64,000 bases of DNA, taken from assembly GCA_964291675.2 (NCBI GenBank), contig OZ219866.1, positions 2,816,001-2,880,000 on the forward strand, read 5' to 3'. Position numbers and translations under genes: made by a program. Shown one piece after another: positions 49,814 through 58,356 of the stretch (position 1 is its first letter; each line of letters begins with the position of its first letter). This DNA comes from Alphaproteobacteria bacterium (lineage in GTDB: Bacteria > Pseudomonadota > Alphaproteobacteria > MPNO01). The notes below the pieces were generated by a model that saw only the letters and a list, made by a program, of their open reading frames with translations, did no database searches and was not told the DNA's origin.

Positions 49814-52012
49814 TCAGTCCTTCGCGTAGGGGCTGGCGACCAGCTCGCCCTCGGCATCGTCGGCGCCGACCGGCGGGGTCGCGACGTAATGCGCCGGCAC
49901 GGCCGCGCCGTTGCCCAGCCGCGCCCGCGCCTGGTCCGGGGTCTCGATCGCGTCCCTGGCGGCGAGCGCCTGCTTGCGGTCGACCATGACGGGCTCGGGC
50001 GAATCGGGCGGCGGCATCATGTTGGCGTGGTAATAGGCCATCTTCTGCTTCGCCGGGTCGAGCTTCTTCGACGGGTCGATGTCGCGCCGGTTGGTCGCCT
50101 TCGGCGCGGTGGCGACGCCGTTCACCACCTCGTGGTCGAACCACCACTTCTTGAGCGGGTTGCGCTTGCCGTTGCCGAGCGCGTCGTCGAGCCAGGCGGC
50201 GACCGGGACCATCAGGGGTTTCAGGAACATCGCGTTGATGCCGAGCCAGCTCGCCATCCGCGTCACCAGCGGGCCGTCCGCGTCCACCACCTTGTTGAGC
50301 GGGCAGGTCTTCATGCAGCGCCCGCAGGCCGAGCCCTTGATGTTGGTCAGCCGGTAGCGGGTGCAGCGCTCGACATCCGGCTTCCACATCTCGTAGCCGT
50401 TGAACATCACCTTGTCGCCCCAGGGGATCGCGTCGCAGGGGCATTCGCGGGCGCATTTGAAGCAATGGCTGCAGAAATACTGGAGCCCGAAATCGATCGG
50501 CCTGTCCGGCACCAGCGGCATGTCGGTGGTCATCACCACGGTCTTGAGCCGGGGGCCGAGGAACGGGTTGAGGATCAGCTCGCCGATCCGTGAGAGCTCG
50601 CCCAGCCCGGCCCAGAGCACCAGCGGGATGTGCAGCACGTCCGAATCGGCGTTGGTCTGCGAGCGCGCCGCGAACCTGTTGGCGCGCAGCAGGTCGGCCA
50701 TCACCGAAGCGATCTCGGCGCCGCGCAGATAGGCGCGCATCGACTGGGCGCCGGATATCCAGTCGTCGCCGCTCGCCCCTTCCATGGTGTCGAAGCCCTG
50801 GTCGATCAGCATGACGACGGCGTATTTGTGGTAGGGCTCGATCGGCTCGCCGTTCTCCTTGTGCGAGTACCAGGCATAGCGCGGCACCTCGCACACCCCG
50901 GCGACATCGGTGCCGAGGAAATAGGCGAGCGACTTGAGCGCCCTGGTATTGGCCTCGGCATCCTGGAAGCGCCCGGTGTCGACCTCCGCCACCTTCCCGT
51001 CCTGGTAGGGCACCATGCTGCGGATCACCTTGAGCTGGCTCAGCGACAGCGGGTGCTTGAAGGAGAACACGCGGCGCGCCATCTGCGCCTTGACCCCGAG
51101 ATCGCCCTGCAAGGCGCGTTCGAAAAAACTCGCCCGCTTGGGGACGCGCGGCACTTCCTCGTCGAGGATCAGCGTGGTCGGCCGGTCGACGCGCTTGACG
51201 GTCTCCATCGCGAAGGGGCCGAGATCGGTGCGCCGCCTGGCGCGCCGGTTGCGCTCGCGCCCCGACCGCGCGCCGCCTTGCCCGAGCCAGTAGCCGAACC
51301 CTCGCGACGCGCCCGCCGCGCCGGCGGCGAGCGGCCTGTCGACCGCCAGCGGGTAGTCGGTCGAGACGACGCAGAGCGAGAACGCCTCGCCCACGAACGG
51401 GTTGACGATGCCCTCGCCCCGCCGCAGCGCGAGCCCGGCGAGCACGGCGAGGCGCTCGGCATCGAGGCGCTCGGCGTCGACGCCGTGCATGTGGGCGCCG
51501 TGGCCCATAACGCGGATGTGGCCGGCGATCAGGGCGGCGATCTCGGCCGCGCGCATCCCGGCGTTGGCGGCGACGGCGGGCAGCATCCACTCGCGCGCGA
51601 GGTTGCCTTCCTCGGCGACGCGCGCGTGCTCGATCAGGATCACGATCGCATGGTCGTGGCCGTCGCAACGCTCGACGCCGGCGAGCCAGGCACTGTCCGG
51701 GATCCGGCAGATGCCCATCTGGCTCGCGTCCATGAAATAGCCGACCCCCTTGATGTCGACCGAGCGCCGTTCGAGGTCGTCGGAGACCGGCGCCTTCTCC
51801 TTCGCCGCCTCGGCGTCGGCGAACTCGGCGTAGAGCCGGGTGAATTTTTCTATCGAGTCGACGAGCTGGCCCGGGGGGCGCTGCCGATCCGGCGGCGCTG
51901 CGGGCGGGCGCGCCGCTTCCCTCTCGATCGCCGAGTCGTCGCGCGGCAGCGTCTCCAGCGGGAAGGGGCCGAAGTGAAACGGTCGGTCGGCGGACCGGGA
52001 TTTGAACAGCAC
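49814..52012 (-). CDS. rdhA: Catabolic-type reductive dehalogenase (cobalamin, 2x[4Fe-4S])
   Basis: AGLGELSRIG, NPFLGPRLK, TTDMPL, FCSHCFKCARECP and CTRYR...CGRCMKTCP motifs; degenerate duplicated N-terminal domain; no Tat signal and no rdhB. Confidence 0.9.
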   Translation of the reverse strand: MLFKSRSADRPFHFGPFPLETLPRDDSAIEREAARPPAAPPDRQRPPGQLVDSIEKFTRLYAEFADAEAAKEKAPVSDDLERRSVDIKGVGYFMDASQMGICRIPDSAWLAGVERCDGHDHAIVILIEHARVAEEGNLAREWMLPAVAANAGMRAAEIAALIAGHIRVMGHGAHMHGVDAERLDAERLAVLAGLALRRGEGIVNPFVGEAFSLCVVSTDYPLAVDRPLAAGAAGASRGFGYWLGQGGARSGRERNRRARRRTDLGPFAMETVKRVDRPTTLILDEEVPRVPKRASFFERALQGDLGVKAQMARRVFSFKHPLSLSQLKVIRSMVPYQDGKVAEVDTGRFQDAEANTRALKSLAYFLGTDVAGVCEVPRYAWYSHKENGEPIEPYHKYAVVMLIDQGFDTMEGASGDDWISGAQSMRAYLRGAEIASVMADLLRANRFAARSQTNADSDVLHIPLVLWAGLGELSRIGELILNPFLGPRLKTVVMTTDMPLVPDRPIDFGLQYFCSHCFKCARECPCDAIPWGDKVMFNGYEMWKPDVERCTRYRLTNIKGSACGRCMKTCPLNKVVDADGPLVTRMASWLGINAMFLKPLMVPVAAWLDDALGNGKRNPLKKWWFDHEVVNGVATAPKATNRRDIDPSKKLDPAKQKMAYYHANMMPPPDSPEPVMVDRKQALAARDAIETPDQARARLGNGAAVPAHYVATPPVGADDAEGELVASPYAKD

Positions 52013-52098
52013 GGTCTTCTCCCCTCGGCTTCCGCGATGGCCCCGACGGTTACACGCGCGGCCGCCCGATGCCAAGCCGTTTGGCCGTTCGCTGCCGT

Positions 52099-52200
52099 CC
52101 TTCGATACGCCCCCTTTGGGGGCTACTCAGGATGAGGGGAGGTGGCGAGCCGCCCAACCTACCCCTCATCCCGAGTAAGCGCGCAGCGCCGTATCGAGGG
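52099..52200. repeat. REP-like doublet (copy E) overlapping the 3' end of the upstream Mo-hydroxylase gene
   Basis: Same conserved arms; inner hairpin GCCCCC-TTT-GGGGGC. Confidence 0.9.
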
Positions 52201-54531
52201 ACGCGCCGCCCGGATCGCGCTCCAGACCCGGAACGGGGTCGCCGGCATGGTGAGGTCGGCGACGCCGAGCGGGCGCAGCGCATCGAGGATCGCGTTGACG
52301 ATCGCCGCGAGCGCGGGCGTGGTGCCGCCCTCGCCGCCGGCCTTGACGCCGAGCGGGTTGGTCGGCGAAGGGACCTCGTTGAGCGCGGTGTCGAAGAACG
52401 GAAACGCATCGGCGCGCGGCAGGGCGTAGTCCATGAACGAGCCGGCCAGCGGCTGTCCGCTCCCGGGATCGTTGACGCAGACCTCCCACATCGCCTGGCC
52501 CACCCCCTGGACGATGCCGCCATGCGTCTGCCCGTCGACGATCAGCGGGTTGATCGCGCGTCCCACGTCGTCGACCGCGGCGTAGCGGAGGATGTCGACC
52601 GCGCCGGTCTCGGGATCGACCTCGACCTCGCAGACATGGCAGCCATTGGGGAAGACCGGGGTATGCATCTCGATATCGCCCACCGCGCGAAGCTCGCCGC
52701 CATCGGCATGTTGCGCGACCTCGTAGAGCGCGGCCTGGCGGTCGGTGCCGGCGACCGCGAAGCGGCCCGCGGCGAAGGCGATGTCGATTTCCGCCGCTTC
52801 GAGCAGCGCGGCGGCCACGGGCCTCGCTTCCTCGATCAGCGCATCGACCGCCTTGACCATCGCGGTTCCCGCCAGACGCATCGAACGGCCGGAATGCGAC
52901 CCGCCGCCGACAAGCACGACATCGGTGTCCCCCATGACGATCCGGACGTCGTCGACATCGACGCCGAGCCCGTCCGCCGCCACCTGGGCGAAGCTGGTCT
53001 CGTGGCCCTGCCCGCTCGGCTGGGTGCCGATCGTCACCTCGACCCGGCCTTCGCGGCCGATGACGCGCAGCCGCGCCTGCTCGACCGGCGTGCCGATGGA
53101 GGATTCGACGTAGTGGGCCAAGCCGCGCCCGAGCAGCCGTGCGCGGCCCGCGGCTTCCTCCCGCCGCGCCGCGAACCCGCCCGGGTCCGACAGGCCGAGC
53201 GCCATGTCGAGGCTCTTCTCGTACTCGCCGCTGTCATAGGTCATGCCGACCGGGTTGCGGTAGGGCATCTCGTCCGGCGCGACCAGGTTGCGGCGCCTGA
53301 GCTCGACGGCGTCGATGCCGAGCTCCTCGGCCGCTTCCTCGATCAGCCGCTCTATGGCGAAGATGCATTCCGGCCGGCCCGAGCTGCGATAGGCGTTGGT
53401 CGGCGGTGTGTTGGAGAACGTCGCGCGCGAGCGCAGCCGGGCCGCCGGCACGCGGTAGGAGCCGGTCACGATGCCCGAGCCCTTGGACAGCGGCGACAGC
53501 GAGACGCAGCGCGCGCCGACATTGCTCAGATTCTCCGCGCGCAAGCCCAGGATCCCGCCGTCCGCGTCGAAGGCGAGCGCGACCTCCGTCACCAGGTCGC
53601 GGCCCTGGTAGTCGCTGACCAGGGCCTCGCCGCGCTCGACGGTGCACTTCACCGGCCGGCCCAGCCTGCGCGCCGCCCAGGCGACCAGCGGGAACTCGAC
53701 ATAGCAGCGGTTGCGGGTGCCGAAATTGCCGCCCACGTCGTAGGCGCGGACCCGCACCCGGTCCGCATCCACGCCGAGCACGGCGGCGATCTCGCGCTTC
53801 TGGCGCACCGCGCCGCCGCTCCCGGCATGGATGGTGTAGCGCCCGGTCTCCGGGTCGTAGCTTCCCAGCGCCGAACGGGGCTCCAGCGGGCAGCCGGTCA
53901 CCCGGGGGACGACGAAGCGGCGGCTCGCGACATGCGCGGCCTGGGCGAAGGCAGCCTCCGTCGCCGCCGCGTCGCCGAAGAAGGTCTCGACCAGGATGTT
54001 GTCCGGCCGCTCGTCCCAGATCCGCGGCGCACCGGGGGCGGCCGCTGCGCTTGTGTCGGCGACCGCCGGCAGCGGCTCGTAGTCGACGAACACGGCTTCG
54101 GCGGCGTCCTGCGCCTGGGCACGGGTCCCGGCGACGACCATGGCGATGGCTTCGCCGACATGGCGCGCCTTGTCGACCGGCAGCAGCGCGTGGTCGCCGA
54201 TAAAGACCTCGGTACCGCCCGGGCCGTGCAGCTTGAGATCGAACCGGGTCTTGGGCAGCGGGCTGTGGTCGAGCGGGCCGAGCCCGTCCGCCGCGCAATC
54301 GGCACCCGTCAGGACGGCGAGCACGCCCGGCAGGGCCAGCGCCGCCGCCTTGTCGACCGACCGGATGAGCGCATGCGGATGCGGCGAACGCACCATGACC
54401 GCCCAGGCCTGGCCGGGCAGGGAGAAGTCGTCGCTGAACCGGCCTTGCCCGGTGAGCAGGCGCGAGTCTTCCCTGCGCCGGACCGGCCGGCCGATATTCC
54501 CGAACGGTTCGATGGGACGCCCGCGGTTCAG
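52159..54531 (-). CDS. Xanthine dehydrogenase-family (CoxL form II-like) Mo-binding subunit, orphan; start probably CTG
   Basis: RREDSRLLTG, DVGGNFG, AYRSSGRPE, GQGHET and NPLGVKAGGEGG motifs. Confidence 0.88.
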   Translation of the reverse strand: MNRGRPIEPFGNIGRPVRRREDSRLLTGQGRFSDDFSLPGQAWAVMVRSPHPHALIRSVDKAAALALPGVLAVLTGADCAADGLGPLDHSPLPKTRFDLKLHGPGGTEVFIGDHALLPVDKARHVGEAIAMVVAGTRAQAQDAAEAVFVDYEPLPAVADTSAAAAPGAPRIWDERPDNILVETFFGDAAATEAAFAQAAHVASRRFVVPRVTGCPLEPRSALGSYDPETGRYTIHAGSGGAVRQKREIAAVLGVDADRVRVRAYDVGGNFGTRNRCYVEFPLVAWAARRLGRPVKCTVERGEALVSDYQGRDLVTEVALAFDADGGILGLRAENLSNVGARCVSLSPLSKGSGIVTGSYRVPAARLRSRATFSNTPPTNAYRSSGRPECIFAIERLIEEAAEELGIDAVELRRRNLVAPDEMPYRNPVGMTYDSGEYEKSLDMALGLSDPGGFAARREEAAGRARLLGRGLAHYVESSIGTPVEQARLRVIGREGRVEVTIGTQPSGQGHETSFAQVAADGLGVDVDDVRIVMGDTDVVLVGGGSHSGRSMRLAGTAMVKAVDALIEEARPVAAALLEAAEIDIAFAAGRFAVAGTDRQAALYEVAQHADGGELRAVGDIEMHTPVFPNGCHVCEVEVDPETGAVDILRYAAVDDVGRAINPLIVDGQTHGGIVQGVGQAMWEVCVNDPGSGQPLAGSFMDYALPRADAFPFFDTALNEVPSPTNPLGVKAGGEGGTTPALAAIVNAILDALRPLGVADLTMPATPFRVWSAIRAARPSIRRCALTRDEG

Positions 54532-55862
54532 TTGAGCTCGGCGACACGCTCCCGCGTGTAGATGTCGTTCCACTGCCGGTAGGAGTATTCCCACTGGTAG
54601 CCCGACGCGCGCGGCTCGGGCGCGAGGTCGACCGGCTCGCCGCCGCGATAGACCGCCTTGATGGCCTCGCGGTTCTGCAGGATGGCGATGTCGTCCAGCG
54701 GATCGCCGGCGATGACCGTGATGTCGGCAAACGCGCCCTCGGCGAGGCGGCCGACATCGTCCTTCTCGCGCAGCAGCGCCGAGTTCCCGCTGGTCGTCGC
54801 CTTGAGCGCCTCGCCCGGGGTGAAGCCGAGATCGTCGACCATGAGCTCCAGCTCCTTGGCGTGCCACTCGCCGTAGGGCGTGATGGCGAAGCCCGAATCG
54901 GTCCCCACCATGAAGGGCACGCCCTGCTCGCGCGCCTTGATCAGCATCTCGCAGGCGTCGTCGATGACCCGGCGGTTCTGGTTGGGCCGCCACTTGAAGC
55001 AGGGGTCGGACGGGCGGGTGAACTCGACCGTGTTGGCGACGAAGGTGAGCGCGGGCGACAGGATCGAGCCGTTCTCCAGCACCGCGTCCAGCCCCTCCTC
55101 GTCCATCTCGAAGGCGTGGAAGATCACGTCGACCCCGGCGCGGGCCGAGGTCAGCACCGCCTCGCGGCCGCGCGCATGGGTGATGACCTTGCGCCCGAGC
55201 CGGTGGCTCTCCTCGACCATCGCGTCCATCTCGCGCTGGTTGAAGCAGGCCATCAGCTCGCCGTCCGAATCCTTGCGGTGCAGCCCGTCGAGCGCGATCT
55301 TGACGAAATCCACCCGGTCCTTGACCTGCATGCGGATCTCCTCGATCGCCTCGTCGGTATTGCGCACCAGCACGCCGACCGAGCTCTCCGGCACGCCGAT
55401 CCAGGTCGGATACCAGTCGGCGAGCCCCTGGCGCGCGGTGATCTGGCGCCCCGAGGTGGTGATCCGCGGCCCGTCGAACATGCCGGCGTTGATCGCATCG
55501 CGCACGCCGACCGTGGTGCGCCCGGTCGAGGCCGGGTCGGCGATCGAGGTGTAGCCTGCCTTCATCACCGTCTGCGCCGCCCGCAGCGCGCGCAGCGCCC
55601 GGTACTCGGGCGGCGAGAAGATGTCGATGTCCTCGTTCGCCTGGGCGTCGCCGTAGCTCAGATGGACATGGATGTCGATCAGCCCGGGCATGACGAAGCA
55701 GCCGCTGTGGTCGATCACCGGCTCGCCCGGGCGCTGGTCCGGCGCCTCCGCCGACGGCCCGACATAGGCGATCCGGTCGTCGTCGACGACGATGGTCCGG
55801 TCCCTCTTCGCGGTCTCGCCGAGACCGTCGAACAGCGACCCGCAGATCAGGTGCTTGCGCAT
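54528..55862 (-). CDS. Metal-dependent amidohydrolase (prolidase-like subgroup)
   Basis: PGLIDIHVH, DFVK, THARG, FHA and GTDSG motifs. Confidence 0.87.
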   Translation of the reverse strand: MRKHLICGSLFDGLGETAKRDRTIVVDDDRIAYVGPSAEAPDQRPGEPVIDHSGCFVMPGLIDIHVHLSYGDAQANEDIDIFSPPEYRALRALRAAQTVMKAGYTSIADPASTGRTTVGVRDAINAGMFDGPRITTSGRQITARQGLADWYPTWIGVPESSVGVLVRNTDEAIEEIRMQVKDRVDFVKIALDGLHRKDSDGELMACFNQREMDAMVEESHRLGRKVITHARGREAVLTSARAGVDVIFHAFEMDEEGLDAVLENGSILSPALTFVANTVEFTRPSDPCFKWRPNQNRRVIDDACEMLIKAREQGVPFMVGTDSGFAITPYGEWHAKELELMVDDLGFTPGEALKATTSGNSALLREKDDVGRLAEGAFADITVIAGDPLDDIAILQNREAIKAVYRGGEPVDLAPEPRASGYQWEYSYRQWNDIYTRERVAELN

Positions 55863-55890
55863 GTCTTCCTCCGTACCCGCCGGCCCGCGC

Positions 55891-56361
55891 TCAGATCGGG
55901 ATCGCGATCAGGTTGTTGATCATGCCGTGATCGCAGACGACGACGCGTTCCCGGAACCGGGCGCTCCCGTCCTCGACCACGATAACGTCACGATACGCGC
56001 CGGTCGAGAACACCGCCATGGTTCCGTCGCGCATCGTCCGCGTCACCAGGTAGTTCGACCGTGCCCGGACCTCCGCCCCGTCCGATGCGAGGATGCGGAT
56101 CGCGCTCACCATGTGGCGGTAGCGGTGCGGCTCGAACACGTTGGCATGGCGCACCGAGACCACCCGGTCGAGCAGCATCGCGCGGGAGTCGCACCAGACC
56201 AGCGAGGCGGGCAGGCCGCGCTCCTCGTTGTCGCGCGTGGCGATGCGGTAGAGGCAGGGATCGGTGAACAGGCCGGGCCAGTCCTCCAGCCGGTCGTCGT
56301 CGATGGCATGCACGTACTCCGTCATCAGCGCGGCGACCGCCGCCGGGACACGCCCCGCCAT
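55891..56361 (-). CDS. Ring-hydroxylating oxygenase beta subunit (NagH/AndAd-like)
   Basis: IDDDRLEDWP, MLLDRV, YRHMVS and NLIAIPI motifs; TGATG coupling to the alpha subunit. Confidence 0.9.
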   Translation of the reverse strand: MAGRVPAAVAALMTEYVHAIDDDRLEDWPGLFTDPCLYRIATRDNEERGLPASLVWCDSRAMLLDRVVSVRHANVFEPHRYRHMVSAIRILASDGAEVRARSNYLVTRTMRDGTMAVFSTGAYRDVIVVEDGSARFRERVVVCDHGMINNLIAIPI

Positions 56362-57608
56362 CAGACGCCCATCAGCGCGCGATAGGCGGTCCAGAAGCCG
56401 CGCACGCCGCATTCCGAGGCGCGGCTGTTGAAGATCGACTCGACCGAGCGGCCGGCCATCTCCATCACCGAGGCCTTGTCCTTGTCGCCCTCGATCCCCT
56501 TCTGGACCAGCGAGCCGACCATCCCGTCCTCCAGCGAGATATAGCCCGACGGGCCGATCAGATTGCCCTGCTTGAGCCGGATTTCGGTCTGCCGGTCGTC
56601 GTCGTCCGCGTAGCCGAGCACGGTCCACACCAGCTCCGAGCCTTCCGGCCCGCGCGGCACCAAATAGCGGGTGGCGATGGTGTTGTGGATCTGCTGCAGG
56701 ACGAAGTTGGGAAAGGCGGTCTGGATCGCGGTGGTGATGCCGTCGCCGAACTCGTCCCACTGCTCGATCACCGAGGGGTCGTGCAGCCCGAACTCGTCGA
56801 AATTGCCGCCGCCGCTGCGGAACGCCCCGGTCTCGTAGACCTCGCCCTCCCTGTCGGTCGCCATCTTGGACCAGCTCAAATGGTGCCAGCCGTCGTCGCT
56901 CATCTCGATCGCGCCCACCATGGTGAAGCGGTTGAGCTTCAGCCGGGTCGCCCAGGCATGCAGGATGGTCGCGTGGTAGGGGTCGGTCGCGTTCTCGAAA
57001 TAGAGCTTCCAGTTGGAATCGAGATACTGGCTGTAATAGCCGAGCACCCTGAAGGGGCGCTGCGTCATGCGCCGGTAGTTGGGCATCAGCCGCTCGCCGA
57101 TATAGGCCTCCAGCGGCGGGGTTGCGTCCGAGAACGTGCCGAACACGATGCCGCCCAGCGATTCCACGCGCAGCCGGTCGAGACCGTTCTCCGCCATGTC
57201 GAACGAGGCCGGCATGCCGCCTTTGCCGTTGATGCCCCTGGCGAAGGGCACGCTTTTCAGGCAGCCGTCGAGGTCGTAGGCCCAGTTGTGGTAGATGCAC
57301 ATCAGCCGCTCGATGCGCCCGAAGGGCTCGAACAGCAGCATCGTCCCCTTGTGGGCGCAGCGGTTGACCAGCGCGTTGATCCCGCCGTCGGGGCTCCTGA
57401 GCACGATCACCGGCGTGTCGCCGACATCGATCAGCCGGTAGCAGCCGGGCTCCGGCAGCTCCGCCTCCAGCCCGAGATAGTGCCAGACCGGCCCGCGGAA
57501 GATGCGCCGCATCTCGGCCGCGTAGATCGCGGGGTCGGAGAACACCGCATAGGGCGCCCGGGCGACGCCTTCCTCCGGCCAGTCGATCAGGGTTCCGGTC
57601 TCGGCCAT
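56361..57608 (-). CDS. Ring-hydroxylating oxygenase alpha subunit (salicylate/anthranilate/o-halobenzoate class)
   Basis: NRCAHKG...CIYHNW, ENATDPYHATILH, NLIGPSGYISLEDG and RGFW motifs. Confidence 0.9.
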   Translation of the reverse strand: MAETGTLIDWPEEGVARAPYAVFSDPAIYAAEMRRIFRGPVWHYLGLEAELPEPGCYRLIDVGDTPVIVLRSPDGGINALVNRCAHKGTMLLFEPFGRIERLMCIYHNWAYDLDGCLKSVPFARGINGKGGMPASFDMAENGLDRLRVESLGGIVFGTFSDATPPLEAYIGERLMPNYRRMTQRPFRVLGYYSQYLDSNWKLYFENATDPYHATILHAWATRLKLNRFTMVGAIEMSDDGWHHLSWSKMATDREGEVYETGAFRSGGGNFDEFGLHDPSVIEQWDEFGDGITTAIQTAFPNFVLQQIHNTIATRYLVPRGPEGSELVWTVLGYADDDDRQTEIRLKQGNLIGPSGYISLEDGMVGSLVQKGIEGDKDKASVMEMAGRSVESIFNSRASECGVRGFWTAYRALMGV

Positions 57609-57637
57609 GTCAGCGGTCCTTTCCCCGTCCCGCGGGC

Positions 57638-57922
57638 TCATCCGTCCGCCTGCACCAGGCCCACCGTCAGCCGGGTACCGGTCGCTTCGGCGTAGCGGCG
57701 CAGGGTGGCGAAGGACGGCGACACCCGGCCGCCCTCCAGCCGCGCGATGGCGGACTGGGTCGTACCGAGGCGCTCGGCGAGCTCGGCTTGCGTCAACTTC
57801 GCCGCCGCGCGGGCCCGCACCAGCGCCTCGATCAGCGCGAACTCGTCATCCGCCCGCGCGTACTCCTGGCGGAAATCCGGATCCTCCATAAGGCGTTCCT
57901 TCAGATCCCTGAGCCTCGTCAT
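57638..57922 (-). CDS. XRE-family HTH antitoxin (HigA-like)
   Basis: LTQAELAERLGTTQSAIARLEGG HTH; TGATG-coupled downstream of the toxin. Confidence 0.9.
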   Translation of the reverse strand: MTRLRDLKERLMEDPDFRQEYARADDEFALIEALVRARAAAKLTQAELAERLGTTQSAIARLEGGRVSPSFATLRRYAEATGTRLTVGLVQADG

Positions 57923-58242
57923 CACCTCACCTGCTTCATCCGTTCCCTGGCGGTCGCGAGCGCCCGGCGCGGCGTCTTCCGGGACTTCTTCACGAAAACA
58001 TGCAGGACCACGACGCGTCGCCCTGTCGCCGTCACATAGATGCCCCTCGCGATGCCTTCTTCCGCCCTGACACGGAGTTCCCAAAGCTTGCCGTCGATGT
58101 GCCTGACATGCGGTTCGCGAAGGGCCTCCAAACCGACATTCTCCACCGCCTCCAGAAGACGCACCAGCCGCGCGCGAAGCTTTGCCGGCAGGGCCATGAT
58201 TTCGGAATCGGCGGCGGAGACGGTTTCGACCGTCCATTCCAT
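57922..58242 (-). CDS. RelE/ParE-superfamily toxin (HigB/Gp49-like)
   Basis: EPHVRHI, KLWELR and VLHVFVKKSRKTP motifs; toxin-first gene order. Confidence 0.9.
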   Translation of the reverse strand: MEWTVETVSAADSEIMALPAKLRARLVRLLEAVENVGLEALREPHVRHIDGKLWELRVRAEEGIARGIYVTATGRRVVVLHVFVKKSRKTPRRALATARERMKQVR

Positions 58243-58243
58243 A

Positions 58244-58277
58244 ACAGCAATATAGCGTATCCGCTATATTGCTGTCA
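58244..58277 (-). promoter_or_regulatory. Sigma70 promoter overlapped by a perfect 14-bp inverted-repeat operator
   Basis: Minus strand TTGACA-N18-TATATT-N6-ATG; palindrome ACAGCAATATAGCG-tatc-CGCTATATTGCTGT. Confidence 0.85.
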
Positions 58278-58356
58278 AGCGACCGGGAGTTCCGTTCGCC
58301 GCCGGCTTCGTCCCGTGCTAGGGTCTGGCGTTCGGATTGAAACTACCCCGGCCCCC

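Noticed and set aside
49814-52012. Organohalide respiration
   Set aside because: No Tat signal and no rdhB membrane anchor; the architecture is the catabolic class
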